Positions 36,836 through 47,200 of a DNA stretch of 59,952 nt are shown here, in pieces. Within the stretch, counting starts at the first letter, position 1; every line of letters starts with the position of its first letter. Position numbers and translations under genes: made by a program. The DNA comes from Rubritepida sp. (GTDB lineage: Bacteria > Pseudomonadota > Alphaproteobacteria > Acetobacterales > Acetobacteraceae), in contig JAQGHY010000180.1 of the NCBI GenBank assembly GCA_028291455.1, forward strand, positions 1 to 59,952. Direction: 5' to 3'. The notes below the pieces were generated by a model. The model saw nothing but the letters and a program-made list of their open reading frames with translations. It was not told the origin of the DNA and made no database searches.

Positions 36836-37735
36836 TCACGGCGTCGCGGCGACTTCCTTTTCGATCCAGTCCAGAACGGAGCCGTGACGTGGAGCCCAGC
36901 CCAGATTGCGGGCCCGCTTGCCGCGCACGCGGCTGTTGGAGCCCAGCGCATAGGTGGACATCTCGTAGCCCCATTCCGCCGAGGCTTCCTCAATGCTCCA
37001 AGGCTGCGCCGGGCCGAGGCCGAGGGCCGTGCCGATCGCGTTGGTCATGTCACGGAAGTTCGCCTCGCCGTTCTCGACGAACATGAAGCTGCCGCCGGGC
37101 ACCTTCTCCAGCGCGAGCAGATAAAGGTCCGCGACATCCGAGATATGGACGTTGGACCAGATGTTCAGCCCACGGCCCACATGGCGCGGCGTGCCGCTTT
37201 TCCGCGCCTGGCGCACCAGCCGGGGAAGCTGGACGCTGTTCTTCGCCAAGCCGAGCCCATGGCCGTAGATCAGCGTGTTGCACAGCACGGCGGAGCGGAT
37301 GCCCTGCGCCGCCGAGGCTACGATCAGCCGGTCGATCGCCACGCGGGCGGCCTTGTCGGCAGTCGGCTGGATGGGAGTGTCGTCCTCGAAGATCCGGTCG
37401 GAGGCTTCGCCACCCGAGGCATCGCCCACGATGCTGGAGCCCGAGGTGTGCAGGAACGGCTTCTGCGACCCGGCAAGCCCGGCGATGATCGCCTCGACGG
37501 CGGCGCGGTGGTCGCTGCTCGCCGCATTCACCACGGCATCGGCGTTCCGCGCCTCGGCCTGCAGGATGCCTGCGTCGTCCAGGCTTCCCATGACGGGGGT
37601 GATGCCCAGCCCGCGCAGGGTGTCCGCCGCATCGGCCTTGCGGACGAGGCCGCGCACCTCATGCCCGGCCTCGATCAGCCGCAAGGCAATCGATCCGCCG
37701 ATATACCCGCCGACACCTGTTACGAAGACCTTCAT
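36836..37735 (-). CDS. NAD-dependent epimerase/dehydratase family protein
   Basis: VFVTGVGGYIG, HTSGS, WSNVHI.D.A.LY. Confidence 0.88.
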   Translation of the reverse strand: MKVFVTGVGGYIGGSIALRLIEAGHEVRGLVRKADAADTLRGLGITPVMGSLDDAGILQAEARNADAVVNAASSDHRAAVEAIIAGLAGSQKPFLHTSGSSIVGDASGGEASDRIFEDDTPIQPTADKAARVAIDRLIVASAAQGIRSAVLCNTLIYGHGLGLAKNSVQLPRLVRQARKSGTPRHVGRGLNIWSNVHISDVADLYLLALEKVPGGSFMFVENGEANFRDMTNAIGTALGLGPAQPWSIEEASAEWGYEMSTYALGSNSRVRGKRARNLGWAPRHGSVLDWIEKEVAATP

Positions 37736-37785
37736 CGTCCGATCGAGTCCCGGCCGGGGCGAGGCCGCCCCGGCCGGAAGTCGTC

Positions 37786-38745
37786 TCAGCCGGTCTGCTG
37801 GATGGCGCTCAGCATCCAGGGGCCGCCCTGCACGCGCACGAAGGTCCAGAGCTCCGTCGTCTCGGTACGGCGTACCGGGTCGCCCTCGGTCACCGCGCCG
37901 GTCTTCACGTCGCGAGTCACGTCGATGAGGCTGAAGCGCATCGCAACCGTCGCGAAGTCGCGGGGGCCGTCGCTCCAGGACTCGGCCAGGTCACCCTGCT
38001 CGAGTTTCACGTCGCTCGTCTCGTTCTTCCAGCCGCGCTGGGTCAGAGCGTCGTAGTCGTCGCGGAAGAAGCGGACCATCTCGGGGGTCGAGATGCGCGA
38101 GAGAGTGGCGATATCCTCGCGCGACCAGGCGGTGTTCACCTCGCCCAGGATGCGCTCGAAGTTCTGGAAATCGGCGGGAGTCACGCCGAGCTCATCGACC
38201 GGCTTGGCAGCGCCACGTGCCATGCCGCCGCCGTTGCCCATCATGGCGGGCTGCTGCTCGCGCATCATCGTGTTGGGCATGCCGGCCGGTACAGGCTGCT
38301 GCGCGCGACGGCGCAGGAAGCCGACCACAAGCGCCACGAGGCCGGCGATGATGGCGATCTGAAACAGGAAGCCGAGCAGCCCGGCCATGCTGCCGAGGCC
38401 GCCGAAGAAGCCGCCGCCGGCGAGCAGGCCAAACAGCCCCGCGCCCAGCATGCCGGCCATCAGCCCGCCCATGAAGGGATTGCGCGAGAAGAAGCCGCCG
38501 CGAGCGGCCTGCTGGCCCATCGCGCCGCCCGGCATGGCGGACGGCGAGGAGGGGCGCTCGGTCATCGAACGGTCGAACTGGCGCGCGCCGCTCGGCGCGG
38601 TGCTCGTCGAGGGCGGTGCGGAATAGGTGCGGCTGCCGCGGCTGCCCGAGGAGAAGCCGCCTCCGGGACGGGCATCGGCGATCATCGGCGCCAGCGCGAA
38701 GGCGGCGGCGGCCAGAAGGGTCAGGAAGCGGGCATTGCGGCGCAT
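37786..38745 (-). CDS. Tim44 domain-containing protein
   Basis: GGGFSSGSRGSRT leader, Gly-rich TMs, QGDLAESW, ATVAMRF, ELWTF.R..GG.W.LSAIQQ. Confidence 0.9.
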   Translation of the reverse strand: MRRNARFLTLLAAAAFALAPMIADARPGGGFSSGSRGSRTYSAPPSTSTAPSGARQFDRSMTERPSSPSAMPGGAMGQQAARGGFFSRNPFMGGLMAGMLGAGLFGLLAGGGFFGGLGSMAGLLGFLFQIAIIAGLVALVVGFLRRRAQQPVPAGMPNTMMREQQPAMMGNGGGMARGAAKPVDELGVTPADFQNFERILGEVNTAWSREDIATLSRISTPEMVRFFRDDYDALTQRGWKNETSDVKLEQGDLAESWSDGPRDFATVAMRFSLIDVTRDVKTGAVTEGDPVRRTETTELWTFVRVQGGPWMLSAIQQTG

Positions 38746-38877
38746 AATGATGGCGACTCCCAGAGGCAGTTTATGTCTTGCTTGCAATATAGTGGCAGGC
38801 CGCGAGGATTGCGACCTCCTTGATCAAAGATCGTCCTTGCGGATCAAACGGGCAGGTCCGAACGCGGTTGCCCGGTT

Positions 38878-39783
38878 TCAGCCGAACCAGGCCGGGTTTG
38901 CCCAGGCGTGCCGGCCGGCCGCATCCACCACGACCACCCGCCCATAGCCGCCATTCTTCACGCGCGGCGTCAGCGGCAGCACCACCCGCGTCTGCAGCGG
39001 CGCGAGGGATTTGGAGGCTGCGGCGCCGCGTCCCAGCACCATCACCGCCGAGGCCGGCGAGCAATGCACCTCCACGCTGTCCTCGCCCCAGAGGACGGCT
39101 TCGATGCTCGGCCCCTGGGTCGCGTAGAAATGCCCGGCCTTCAGCGCTTCGAGCAGCGGTTCGGGCTCGTTCGCCTCGGCCTTCACCATCAGCCAGGCGC
39201 CGAACCAGTCGGCACAGCCGAAATGCGCGTCATCCACCGCGATCACGCTGACGCGCCGCCCCTCCGCGTGGAGTTGGTCCACGAGGTAGGCACCGTCGCC
39301 GCGATCGCAGAGCACCGCGCTGGTGTGGTTGTAGATCTCGACGGCATGCGCGCCCGGGATCGTCGCGGCGTCGCCCGTCGTCAACCCGTACCAGCCCGGA
39401 TGCGGCAGCGCGACGAAGGCCCCGGCGGCAAGGCAGCGCGCGGCCAGCTGCGGGCCGGTCTCGGCCTCGCCGGTCGGCGCGAAATCCAGCGGCAGGCCGA
39501 CGGCCAGGATGTGCCAGATCTCGCCGACCGAGGTCGCGGGCGCATGCACCTCGGCACCGATGATCGTGGTGAACTTGTCGGTGCGGAAGCCCCTGGTATC
39601 CGCGACGGGGAAGCCGTACTTCGCCTGGAAGTGGTCGGTGAGGGCGACAAAGTCGTAGCCGCCCTCCCGATAGGTGGCGCAGACCTCCGCCGGCCCCCGC
39701 ATCCCATCCGAGAGGGTGGAATGCGTGTGGATATTGCCCTTCCAGAAGCGGCCGGGCGCGGCGAAGACGGGATCGAGGCGCAT
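38878..39783 (-). CDS. PHP-family (CehA/McbA-like) metallohydrolase
   Basis: KGNIHTHST.SDG, YDFVALTDH, HP.W, VEIYN, DDAH. Confidence 0.87.
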   Translation of the reverse strand: MRLDPVFAAPGRFWKGNIHTHSTLSDGMRGPAEVCATYREGGYDFVALTDHFQAKYGFPVADTRGFRTDKFTTIIGAEVHAPATSVGEIWHILAVGLPLDFAPTGEAETGPQLAARCLAAGAFVALPHPGWYGLTTGDAATIPGAHAVEIYNHTSAVLCDRGDGAYLVDQLHAEGRRVSVIAVDDAHFGCADWFGAWLMVKAEANEPEPLLEALKAGHFYATQGPSIEAVLWGEDSVEVHCSPASAVMVLGRGAAASKSLAPLQTRVVLPLTPRVKNGGYGRVVVVDAAGRHAWANPAWFG

Positions 39784-39789
39784 GATCGT

Positions 39790-41823
39790 CTAAGCCAATT
39801 GCGCCACGCGCCGCCGCCGCATCGTCTGCAGTCCCAGCAGCCCCGCACCCATGGCGAGGCCGATCCAATGCGGGGCGGGAAGGTTGCCCGATGCCGCCGC
39901 CTGGAGGATCGCCGGAAACACCATCAGCAGTCCGGCCAGCGCCATGGCCCAGCGCTCGAACCCGTTCATCGCGGTGATGGCATAGCCCTGGCAGGCCGAG
40001 GAAAGCGCCGCGAGGCCGAGCGTGGCCAGCACCACCTGCCAGACCACATCGGTCCAGACCATGCCGGGCAGCATGTTCAGCAGCAGGCCGACGCCCTGCG
40101 GATCCGTCACGAAGACGAAGGGCAGCACGAAGGCAGGCAGTGTGTACTTCCAGGCCATCAGCGTCGTCTTGTAGGGGCCCGCGCCGGTAATGGCGGCGGC
40201 CGCGAAGGGCGAAAGCGCCGTCGGTGGCGAAACCTCCGACAGCACCGCGTAGTAGAAGACGAACATATGCGCGGCGTAGTCGGGCACGCCGAGCTTCATC
40301 AGCGCCGGCGCGGCCACGACCGCACAGATGATGTAGCTGGCCGTCACCGGCACCGCGAGGCCGACGACCCAGACGATCAGCGCGGTATAAACCGCCGTGA
40401 TGATGAGGCTGCCGCCCGCCGCCTGGATGGCGATGTCGGAGAACTTCAGCCCAAGCCCGGTCAGCGTGATCGCGCCCACGATGATGCCCGCGCAGGCGCA
40501 GGTGGCGGCGATGCTGAGCGCCTGCTCGGAGCCGGCCGCCAGCGTGCGGATCAGCTTCATCGGGTAGAGCGCGTGCTCACGCGAGAGGAAGGACAGCGCG
40601 ACAGCCAGCAGCATGGCGTAAAGCACGGAAAGCGTTGCCGAATAGCCGATCGACATGAAGAAGATGATCGCGATCAGGCTGCTGAAATGGTACCAGCCGC
40701 GCTTGAACATCGCGCCCACGGTCTCGACGCTCATCGGCGTCTCGTCGCGCGGCCCGCCGGCTGCGGCGATGCGGCGCTGGTCCAGCTCCACCATGAAGAG
40801 CAGCGAGGCGTAGAAGAGGCAGGTGGGGACCACCGCCATCAGCAGCACGTCGAGGTAGGAGATCTTCAGGTATTCGGCGATCAGGAAGGCCGCTGCTCCC
40901 ATGATGGGCGGTGAGATGATCGCGCCCAATCCGCCGGCGGCCAGCAGCCCGCCCGCGTCATGGGGCGTGTAGCCCACGCGCTTCATCATCGGCCAGGCGA
41001 CAGTGCCGATGGTGACGGTGGTGGCCACGCCCGAGCCGGAAGGGCCGCCCAGCAGAAATGCTGAAAGCACCACCGTACGGCCCGCGCTCGAAGGTTTGCC
41101 GCCGGTCGCTGCGAAGGAGAAATCGACGAAGTACTTCCCGGCACCCGTGGCACCCAGGATGGCGCCATAGATGGTAAAGAGGATGATGAGCGTGGCGCTC
41201 ACGTCCACCGCCGTGCCGAAAATACCCTCCAGCGTGATGGCGATATGCGGGATCAGCCGCTCCTCGTCATAGCCGCGATGGGTCCACGGGGCGGGCAGGT
41301 GGTTGCCGAAGAAGGCGTAGAGCAGGAAGCAGATGGCGACGACGGGCATGATCCAGCCTGTGCAGCGCCGCGTCACTTCGAGGACCAGCGCGATCAGGAT
41401 CCAGCCGACCACGATGTCCATCGGCTCGGGGTAGATGATGCGGTCCTGCAGGTCGTCGCCGCCGGAGATCAGGTACCAGGTGACGTAGAGCGCCGTGGCG
41501 ATCAGCAACCAGTCCCAGGGCGGGAAGCGGTCGCGGTAGCGGCGGGCCACCGGGAACAGCATGAAGCCCAGTACCATGGTGAAGCCGACATGGGCGAAGC
41601 GCAGCGTGGTCGTCGGCACGATGCTCCAGGCGGCCCAGAGGTGGAACAGCGACATGGCCACCGCGATGCCGACGGCGATGACGCCCAGGGTGCCGCCGAA
41701 GCGGTTCATCGCGCCTTCTTCGGCTTCGATCAGCTCCGCAACGTGCTGCGCCGTCGCTGCGTCCAAGGTCGCGTCGTCCAAGGAGCCAGGGTCGATGTGG
41801 GGGGGACGGGAGCTGCTGGACAT
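39790..41823 (-). CDS. TRAP transporter fused 4TM/12TM permease
   Basis: LEVTRR..G, EGIFG, SGSGVA, PPIMGAAAF, AHMFVFYYAVLSEVSPP. Confidence 0.92.
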   Translation of the reverse strand: MSSSSRPPHIDPGSLDDATLDAATAQHVAELIEAEEGAMNRFGGTLGVIAVGIAVAMSLFHLWAAWSIVPTTTLRFAHVGFTMVLGFMLFPVARRYRDRFPPWDWLLIATALYVTWYLISGGDDLQDRIIYPEPMDIVVGWILIALVLEVTRRCTGWIMPVVAICFLLYAFFGNHLPAPWTHRGYDEERLIPHIAITLEGIFGTAVDVSATLIILFTIYGAILGATGAGKYFVDFSFAATGGKPSSAGRTVVLSAFLLGGPSGSGVATTVTIGTVAWPMMKRVGYTPHDAGGLLAAGGLGAIISPPIMGAAAFLIAEYLKISYLDVLLMAVVPTCLFYASLLFMVELDQRRIAAAGGPRDETPMSVETVGAMFKRGWYHFSSLIAIIFFMSIGYSATLSVLYAMLLAVALSFLSREHALYPMKLIRTLAAGSEQALSIAATCACAGIIVGAITLTGLGLKFSDIAIQAAGGSLIITAVYTALIVWVVGLAVPVTASYIICAVVAAPALMKLGVPDYAAHMFVFYYAVLSEVSPPTALSPFAAAAITGAGPYKTTLMAWKYTLPAFVLPFVFVTDPQGVGLLLNMLPGMVWTDVVWQVVLATLGLAALSSACQGYAITAMNGFERWAMALAGLLMVFPAILQAAASGNLPAPHWIGLAMGAGLLGLQTMRRRRVAQLA

Positions 41824-41930
41824 ATCGGATGTTTCTTCCCAAACGCGAGGCGGCCGGGCACAAGCCCGGCCGCTGTCTATATCAATCTGGCAAAGGTGCC
41901 CAAGCCCCAAGCACCCAAACCCGGGGCTCC

Positions 41931-42905
41931 TTAGACCAGGTTCGCCCCGGCGCCCTTCCAATAGGCCTCGGCCGCGGGATGCCAGGGCACGCCCGCCGCG
42001 GCCGTCTTCTGCTGCGCGAGCGTGAAGTCGCGCGCGGCGGAATGGACGCGTGCCCAATCCTCGCGGTTGGCCCAGAGCACGGTCAGGATCTGGCGCACCA
42101 GTTCGGCCGGCACATCCGCGCGCATGCCAAGGATATTCGCGACCGAGAGTTGCTGGTTCGGCGCCGTCTGCCCGGGATAGGTGCCCGCGGGGATGGTCTC
42201 GGCGAAGTAGACCGGGCCATGCTCGCGCACGATGTTCCCCACCAGGTCCGCATGGTCGATCATGACCAGGGTCGTACCCGGCGTGGCCGCGAGGTCCGTC
42301 ACGGCGCTGGTCGGCACGCCGGAGACGAAGAAGTAGGCGTCGATCTTGCCGTCGCGGATGGCATTGGTGCTCTCGGCCGGCGAAAGCCGCTCGACCCCGC
42401 GGAAATCCTTGGCGATGTCGAGACCGGCGGCCTCGATGACGCGCCGCGCGAAGAGCTCGGTGGCCGAGGCGGGCGCGCCGGTCGAGACGCGCTTGCCCTT
42501 CAGGTCGGCCACGGTGCGGATGTTGCGGTCCGCCGTAGTCACGATATGCATGCGGTTGGTGTAGAGCACGGCGATCGCCCGCGTCGGCACCATGCGGCCA
42601 CGGAAGGGACCGGCGCCGCGGACGCTGTCCACCGCGGCATCGACCTGGCCGAAGACCAGCTGGGCGCGGCTGGCGCCTAGGAGCTGGAAGTTCGCGGTGG
42701 AGCCGGCGGTGACCTCGGCCGTGGCGGAGAGGCCGGGAATGCCGCGCGTCAGGTAATTCGCGAGCGCGCCGCCGAGGGGATAGTAGACGCCGCCCGTCGT
42801 GCCGGTCGCGATGGACATCTGCTGGGCGGCCTGCGCGAAGGCGGCGGAGCTGCCCAACAAACCCAAACCAGCGCCCATTGCGCCACGGCGTGAGAGAAGT
42901 GTCAT
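41931..42905 (-). CDS. TAXI-family TRAP solute receptor
   Basis: IATGTTGGVYYPLGG, DLKGKRVSTGAP.S.TE, DGKIDA, HP.A..Y. Confidence 0.92.
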   Translation of the reverse strand: MTLLSRRGAMGAGLGLLGSSAAFAQAAQQMSIATGTTGGVYYPLGGALANYLTRGIPGLSATAEVTAGSTANFQLLGASRAQLVFGQVDAAVDSVRGAGPFRGRMVPTRAIAVLYTNRMHIVTTADRNIRTVADLKGKRVSTGAPASATELFARRVIEAAGLDIAKDFRGVERLSPAESTNAIRDGKIDAYFFVSGVPTSAVTDLAATPGTTLVMIDHADLVGNIVREHGPVYFAETIPAGTYPGQTAPNQQLSVANILGMRADVPAELVRQILTVLWANREDWARVHSAARDFTLAQQKTAAAGVPWHPAAEAYWKGAGANLV

Positions 42906-43030
42906 GGATCGTTCCTCCGGGAGCGTGTTTTTCTATCCTTTAAGATAAGTGAATTGCAGCCGCAGGCAAAGGGGCAGCCGAGGCGATCTTCCCTGGCGGC
43001 CGTTTCGCTGCCGGGCCTATCCTCGGCGCC

Positions 43031-44281
43031 CTATCCGTCCAAGCGCGGGCGCGGCACGCTCGCCAGGATCGCGGCACCCACGCCCAGCATGACCAGCACC
43101 ACCGCCATTCCCGCCCGCTGGCTCCCGGTCGCATTCGTGACGATGGCCAGCGCGGCGGGCCCGATGAAGCCGGTCGCGCGGCCGGAGAGCGCGTAGAGGC
43201 CGAAATACGCCGCGACCTCGCCCGGCGGCGCCAGCTGCGCCATCAGGCTGCGGCTCGCCGCCTGGGCGGGGCCGAAGAACAGCCCCAGCATCACGCCCAT
43301 CACCCAGAACATGGCCTTGGTCTCCACCAGCAGCATGCCGGCCCCGAGCACCATCAGCGCCACCAGCGCGAGCAGCACCGTCATCTTCGCGCCCAGCCGC
43401 TCGTCGATCCAGCCGCCGGCGAAGGCGCCGATGCCGCCCGTCACGTTGAGCGCGATGCCGAAGAGCAGGATCTCCTCGAAACCCATGCCAAAGACCCCCG
43501 CCGCGAAGACCGCGCCGAAGGCGAAGAGCACGTTCAGCCCATCCGTATAGAACAGCCGCGCCAGGATGAATCGCGTGATGGAAGGTTGCCGCGGCAGGCT
43601 TCGCAGCACGCGCGCGAGTTCCGTCACCCCGCGACGTGCGGCAACGCCCCAGGGCATCCGCGCGGTCGCATCCGGCACGAAGACCAGCACCGGCCAGGCG
43701 AAGATCAGCACCCAGGCCGCCACCAGCAGCGCGGTGGCGCGCACATGCTCGGCCGCATCGCGGTCCAGCCCGAAATACGAGGGGTTCGGCTGCACCAGCA
43801 GCGCGAGGCACAGCACCAGGCAGGCCAGCCCGCCCGCATAACCCAGCGCCCAGCCAATGCCGGAGATCCGGCCCAGCCGCGCACGCGTCGTCACCTCCGG
43901 CAGCATGGCGTTGTAGAACACCGTGCCCAACTCGAAGCAGAGCGTGCCGAGCGCCACGCAGAGCAGCGCCCACATCGCGTAGCCCGGCTGCGGCAGGGCG
44001 AACCAGATTCCGGCGGTGAAGAAGGACGTCAGCAGCGTGCAGATCAGCAGCAGCGCCCGCCGCCTGCCGCCCGCATCGGCGATGGCACCGAGCAGCGGCG
44101 AGAGCAGCCCGATCGCCAGCCCCACCAGCGCCTGCATCCACCCCCACATCACCTGGCCCGTCACCGGATCGGGCGCGATGCCCTTGGTGAAATAGGCCGC
44201 GATGACGAAGGTCGAAACCACCGTCGGAAAGGCGCTATTCGCCCAATCGTAGCTGGCCCAGGCCCATTCGCGCCGCGTCAC
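43031..44281 (-). CDS. MFS transporter (UMF1-like)
   Basis: WA.YDWANSAF, SPLLGAIAD, FYNAMLP, GRISG.GW..GY.GG, QAASRSL. Confidence 0.9.
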   Translation of the reverse strand: MTRREWAWASYDWANSAFPTVVSTFVIAAYFTKGIAPDPVTGQVMWGWMQALVGLAIGLLSPLLGAIADAGGRRRALLLICTLLTSFFTAGIWFALPQPGYAMWALLCVALGTLCFELGTVFYNAMLPEVTTRARLGRISGIGWALGYAGGLACLVLCLALLVQPNPSYFGLDRDAAEHVRATALLVAAWVLIFAWPVLVFVPDATARMPWGVAARRGVTELARVLRSLPRQPSITRFILARLFYTDGLNVLFAFGAVFAAGVFGMGFEEILLFGIALNVTGGIGAFAGGWIDERLGAKMTVLLALVALMVLGAGMLLVETKAMFWVMGVMLGLFFGPAQAASRSLMAQLAPPGEVAAYFGLYALSGRATGFIGPAALAIVTNATGSQRAGMAVVLVMLGVGAAILASVPRPRLDG

Positions 44282-47200
44282 GGCAAGGTGGCTAGCGCGC
44301 GTGCCGCCACAGTCACCGCCGCGAAGTCGCCCTGCGTCGCGGCCTCGCGCACCAGCTTGCGGATGCCCTCCATCGCGCCATCCTCCGCCGTCTTGCCGGC
44401 GAGGCGCGCGGCCGCCAGCCGCGCCTGCGTCACGCGCAGATCGGCGAGCAGCGAGGCCCGGGCGCGGTCGCCATAGGGGCCGGTGGCCGGCATGCGCCGT
44501 GCCGCATTGGCCAGGGCATCGAGGTGGAAGAAGGCACCGACATCGGCCCAGGCCTTGGCCGCCGCCGCGGGTTCGGCGCCGCTGCTATTGGCCAGCATGA
44601 CCACCGAAGGTGCGGCCGCCAGCCGAGGCGCCGCCGCGACGAAGCCCGCGACATCGCGCGGCAGGCCGTTGGGATCGGCATCCCCGGTCTCGCCGACCTC
44701 GCTGGCGGTGAGGGACGAGATGCCCCCGCCCAGGGTCTTGATCGCCGCCTGCAGGCCCGACTTCGCCGGCGCCATCACCTCGACGGCGGCGGCCTCCAGC
44801 AATTCTCGCAGCACGGCCTGGGCGGCGAGGCGCGGTTCGGCCGGCGCGGCCTCCGCCGCCTCGAAGCGCGCTTCCAGCCCGAACAGCTCGGAAGCCAGCC
44901 AGACGGCGCCGACCACCTCGGCCGGCCCCGCCTCGGCGACGAGCCGCGCGAGCCCGGCGCAGCCCAGCCGGTTCGCGACCATATTGGCCAGCGCGGTGGC
45001 GACGAGGTCGCGCCGCAGCCGGTGCCGCGCGACGAAGCGCGAGAAATTGGCCGCCCGCAGCGCCGTCGGGAAGTACTCGTGCAGCAGCGGCGCAAAGGCG
45101 GGATCGTCGGGCAGGGCGCTGTCCACCACCGCCTCCCCGAGCCAGAGCTTTGCAAAGGGCAGCAGCGCCGCCACCTCGGGCCGTGTCAGCCCCTCGCCCT
45201 TATTGGCCCGCGCAGCCATCGCCGCGGGGTCCGGCAGGCCGGCAAGTGCGCGGTCCAGCAGGCCCTCAGCCTCCAGCCGCGCCATCAGCGCGGCCTGGGC
45301 GGGAAGTGCTGCGGCACCGGCCCGCACTTCCAGCGAGACCGCGACGGATTGCAGCTCGTTGTCGCGCAGCACCAGCGCCGCGACCTCGTCCGTCATGCTC
45401 ACCAGCAGCTCGTCACGCTGGCGTCGCGTCATCACGCCCTCGGCCTCCGCATCCGCCAGCAGGATCTTGATGTTCACCTCATGGTCGGAGGTGCTGACAC
45501 CGGCGGAATTGTCCAGCGCATCCGTGTTGATGCGCGCACCCGCCCGCGCCGCCTCGATGCGCCCGGCCTGGGTCACGGCGAGGTTCGCGCCCTCGCCCAC
45601 CACCTTCGCGCGGACCTCGCGCCCGTCGATGCGGATGGCGTCGTTGGCGCGGTCGCCCGCCTCGGCCTGGCTCTCGGTGCTCGCCTTCACATAGGTGCCG
45701 ATGCCGCCGAAGTAGAGCAGGTCCGCCTCCATCCGCAGGATCGCCTTGAGGATCGCAGCCGGCTCCGCGCGCTCCGCCTTGATGCCGAGCATCGCCTGCG
45801 CCGCGCCGCTCAAGGGGATCGTCTTGAGGTTGCGCGCGAAAACGCCGCCGCCCGCGCTGATCAGCTTCGCGTCGTAATCCGCCCAGGAGGAGCGCGGCAG
45901 CGCGAAGAGGCGTGCCCGTTCCGCGAAGCTGGCCGCCGGATCGGGATCGGGGTCGAGGAAGATGTGGCGGTGGTCGAAGGCCGCCAACAGCTTCGTCTGC
46001 TTGGAGATCAGCAGCCCGTTGCCGAAGACGTCGCCGGACATGTCGCCCACCCCGGCGACGGTGAAGGGCGCGTCGTGGATGGAACGGCCAAGTGCCTCGG
46101 AGAAGTGCCGCTCGATCATCACCCAGGCGCCGCGCGCCGTGATGCCCATGACCTTGTGGTCGTACCCGGCCGAGCCGCCGGAGGCGAAGGCGTCGTCCAG
46201 CCAGAAATGATAGTCGGCCGAAAGGGCGTTCGCGATGTCGCTGAAGGTCGCGGTGCCCTTGTCGGCGGCTGCGACGATATAGGGGTCGTCGCCGTCGCGC
46301 CGGACGATGTCCGCGGGCGTCACCACCTCCATGCCGTTCAGGTTGTCCGCGAGGTCGAGCATGGCGCGCACCAGGGTGCGGTAAGCGGCGATGCCGGTGG
46401 CCTGGAAGGCTTCGCGCTCGGTCGGGATCACGCCCTTCAGCACGAAGCCGCCCTTCGCACCGGTCGGCACGATGACGACGTTCTTGAGGCGCTGGGCCTT
46501 CATCAGGCTCAGGATCTCAGTGCGGAAATCCTCACGCCGGTCGGACCAGCGGATGCCGCCGCGGGCCACCGGGCCGGCGCGGAGGTGGCAGCCCTCCATC
46601 GTCACGCCATGCACGAATATCTCGCGCCAGGGCCGGGGATTGGGCATGTCGCCAGCAATGGCGCTGTCCAGCTTGAAGGCGATGTAGGGCTTACGCTGGT
46701 AGAAATTGGTGCGCAGCATCGCGTCCAGCACGACGCGCATGCGCTGCAGGATGCGGTCCGTATCGGGATCGGCCACCTTGTCGAGCATCGCCGTCCAGGC
46801 CGCATCCAGCGCGGATTCGTCGCGGTCGGCCACCTTCGGGTCGAACCGCTTGTGGAACATGTCGGCCAGCAGTCGCGCCGCCTCGGGCGTCGCCGCCAGC
46901 GCCGCCGTCACGCTCTCCTGCGAGAAGGGGAAGCCGACCTGCTTCAGCCAGCGGTACATGGACCGCAGCAGCCAGCACTCGCGCCAATCGAGCCCCGCGC
47001 GGAGCACCAGCCGGTTGAAGCCGTCGGCCTCCGCCTCGCCGGCTATCAAGGCTTCGAGCGCCTCCAGCAGGGCGGGCGCCCGCTCGGGCACCAGGTCGCT
47101 GCCCGCATCCAGCGCGAAGGCATGGAGCGAAATCTGCGGCGCGCCGGCCGGGGAGAGCCGGTGCGGCACCTCCTCGATCGCGCGCAGGTCCAGGCTGTCG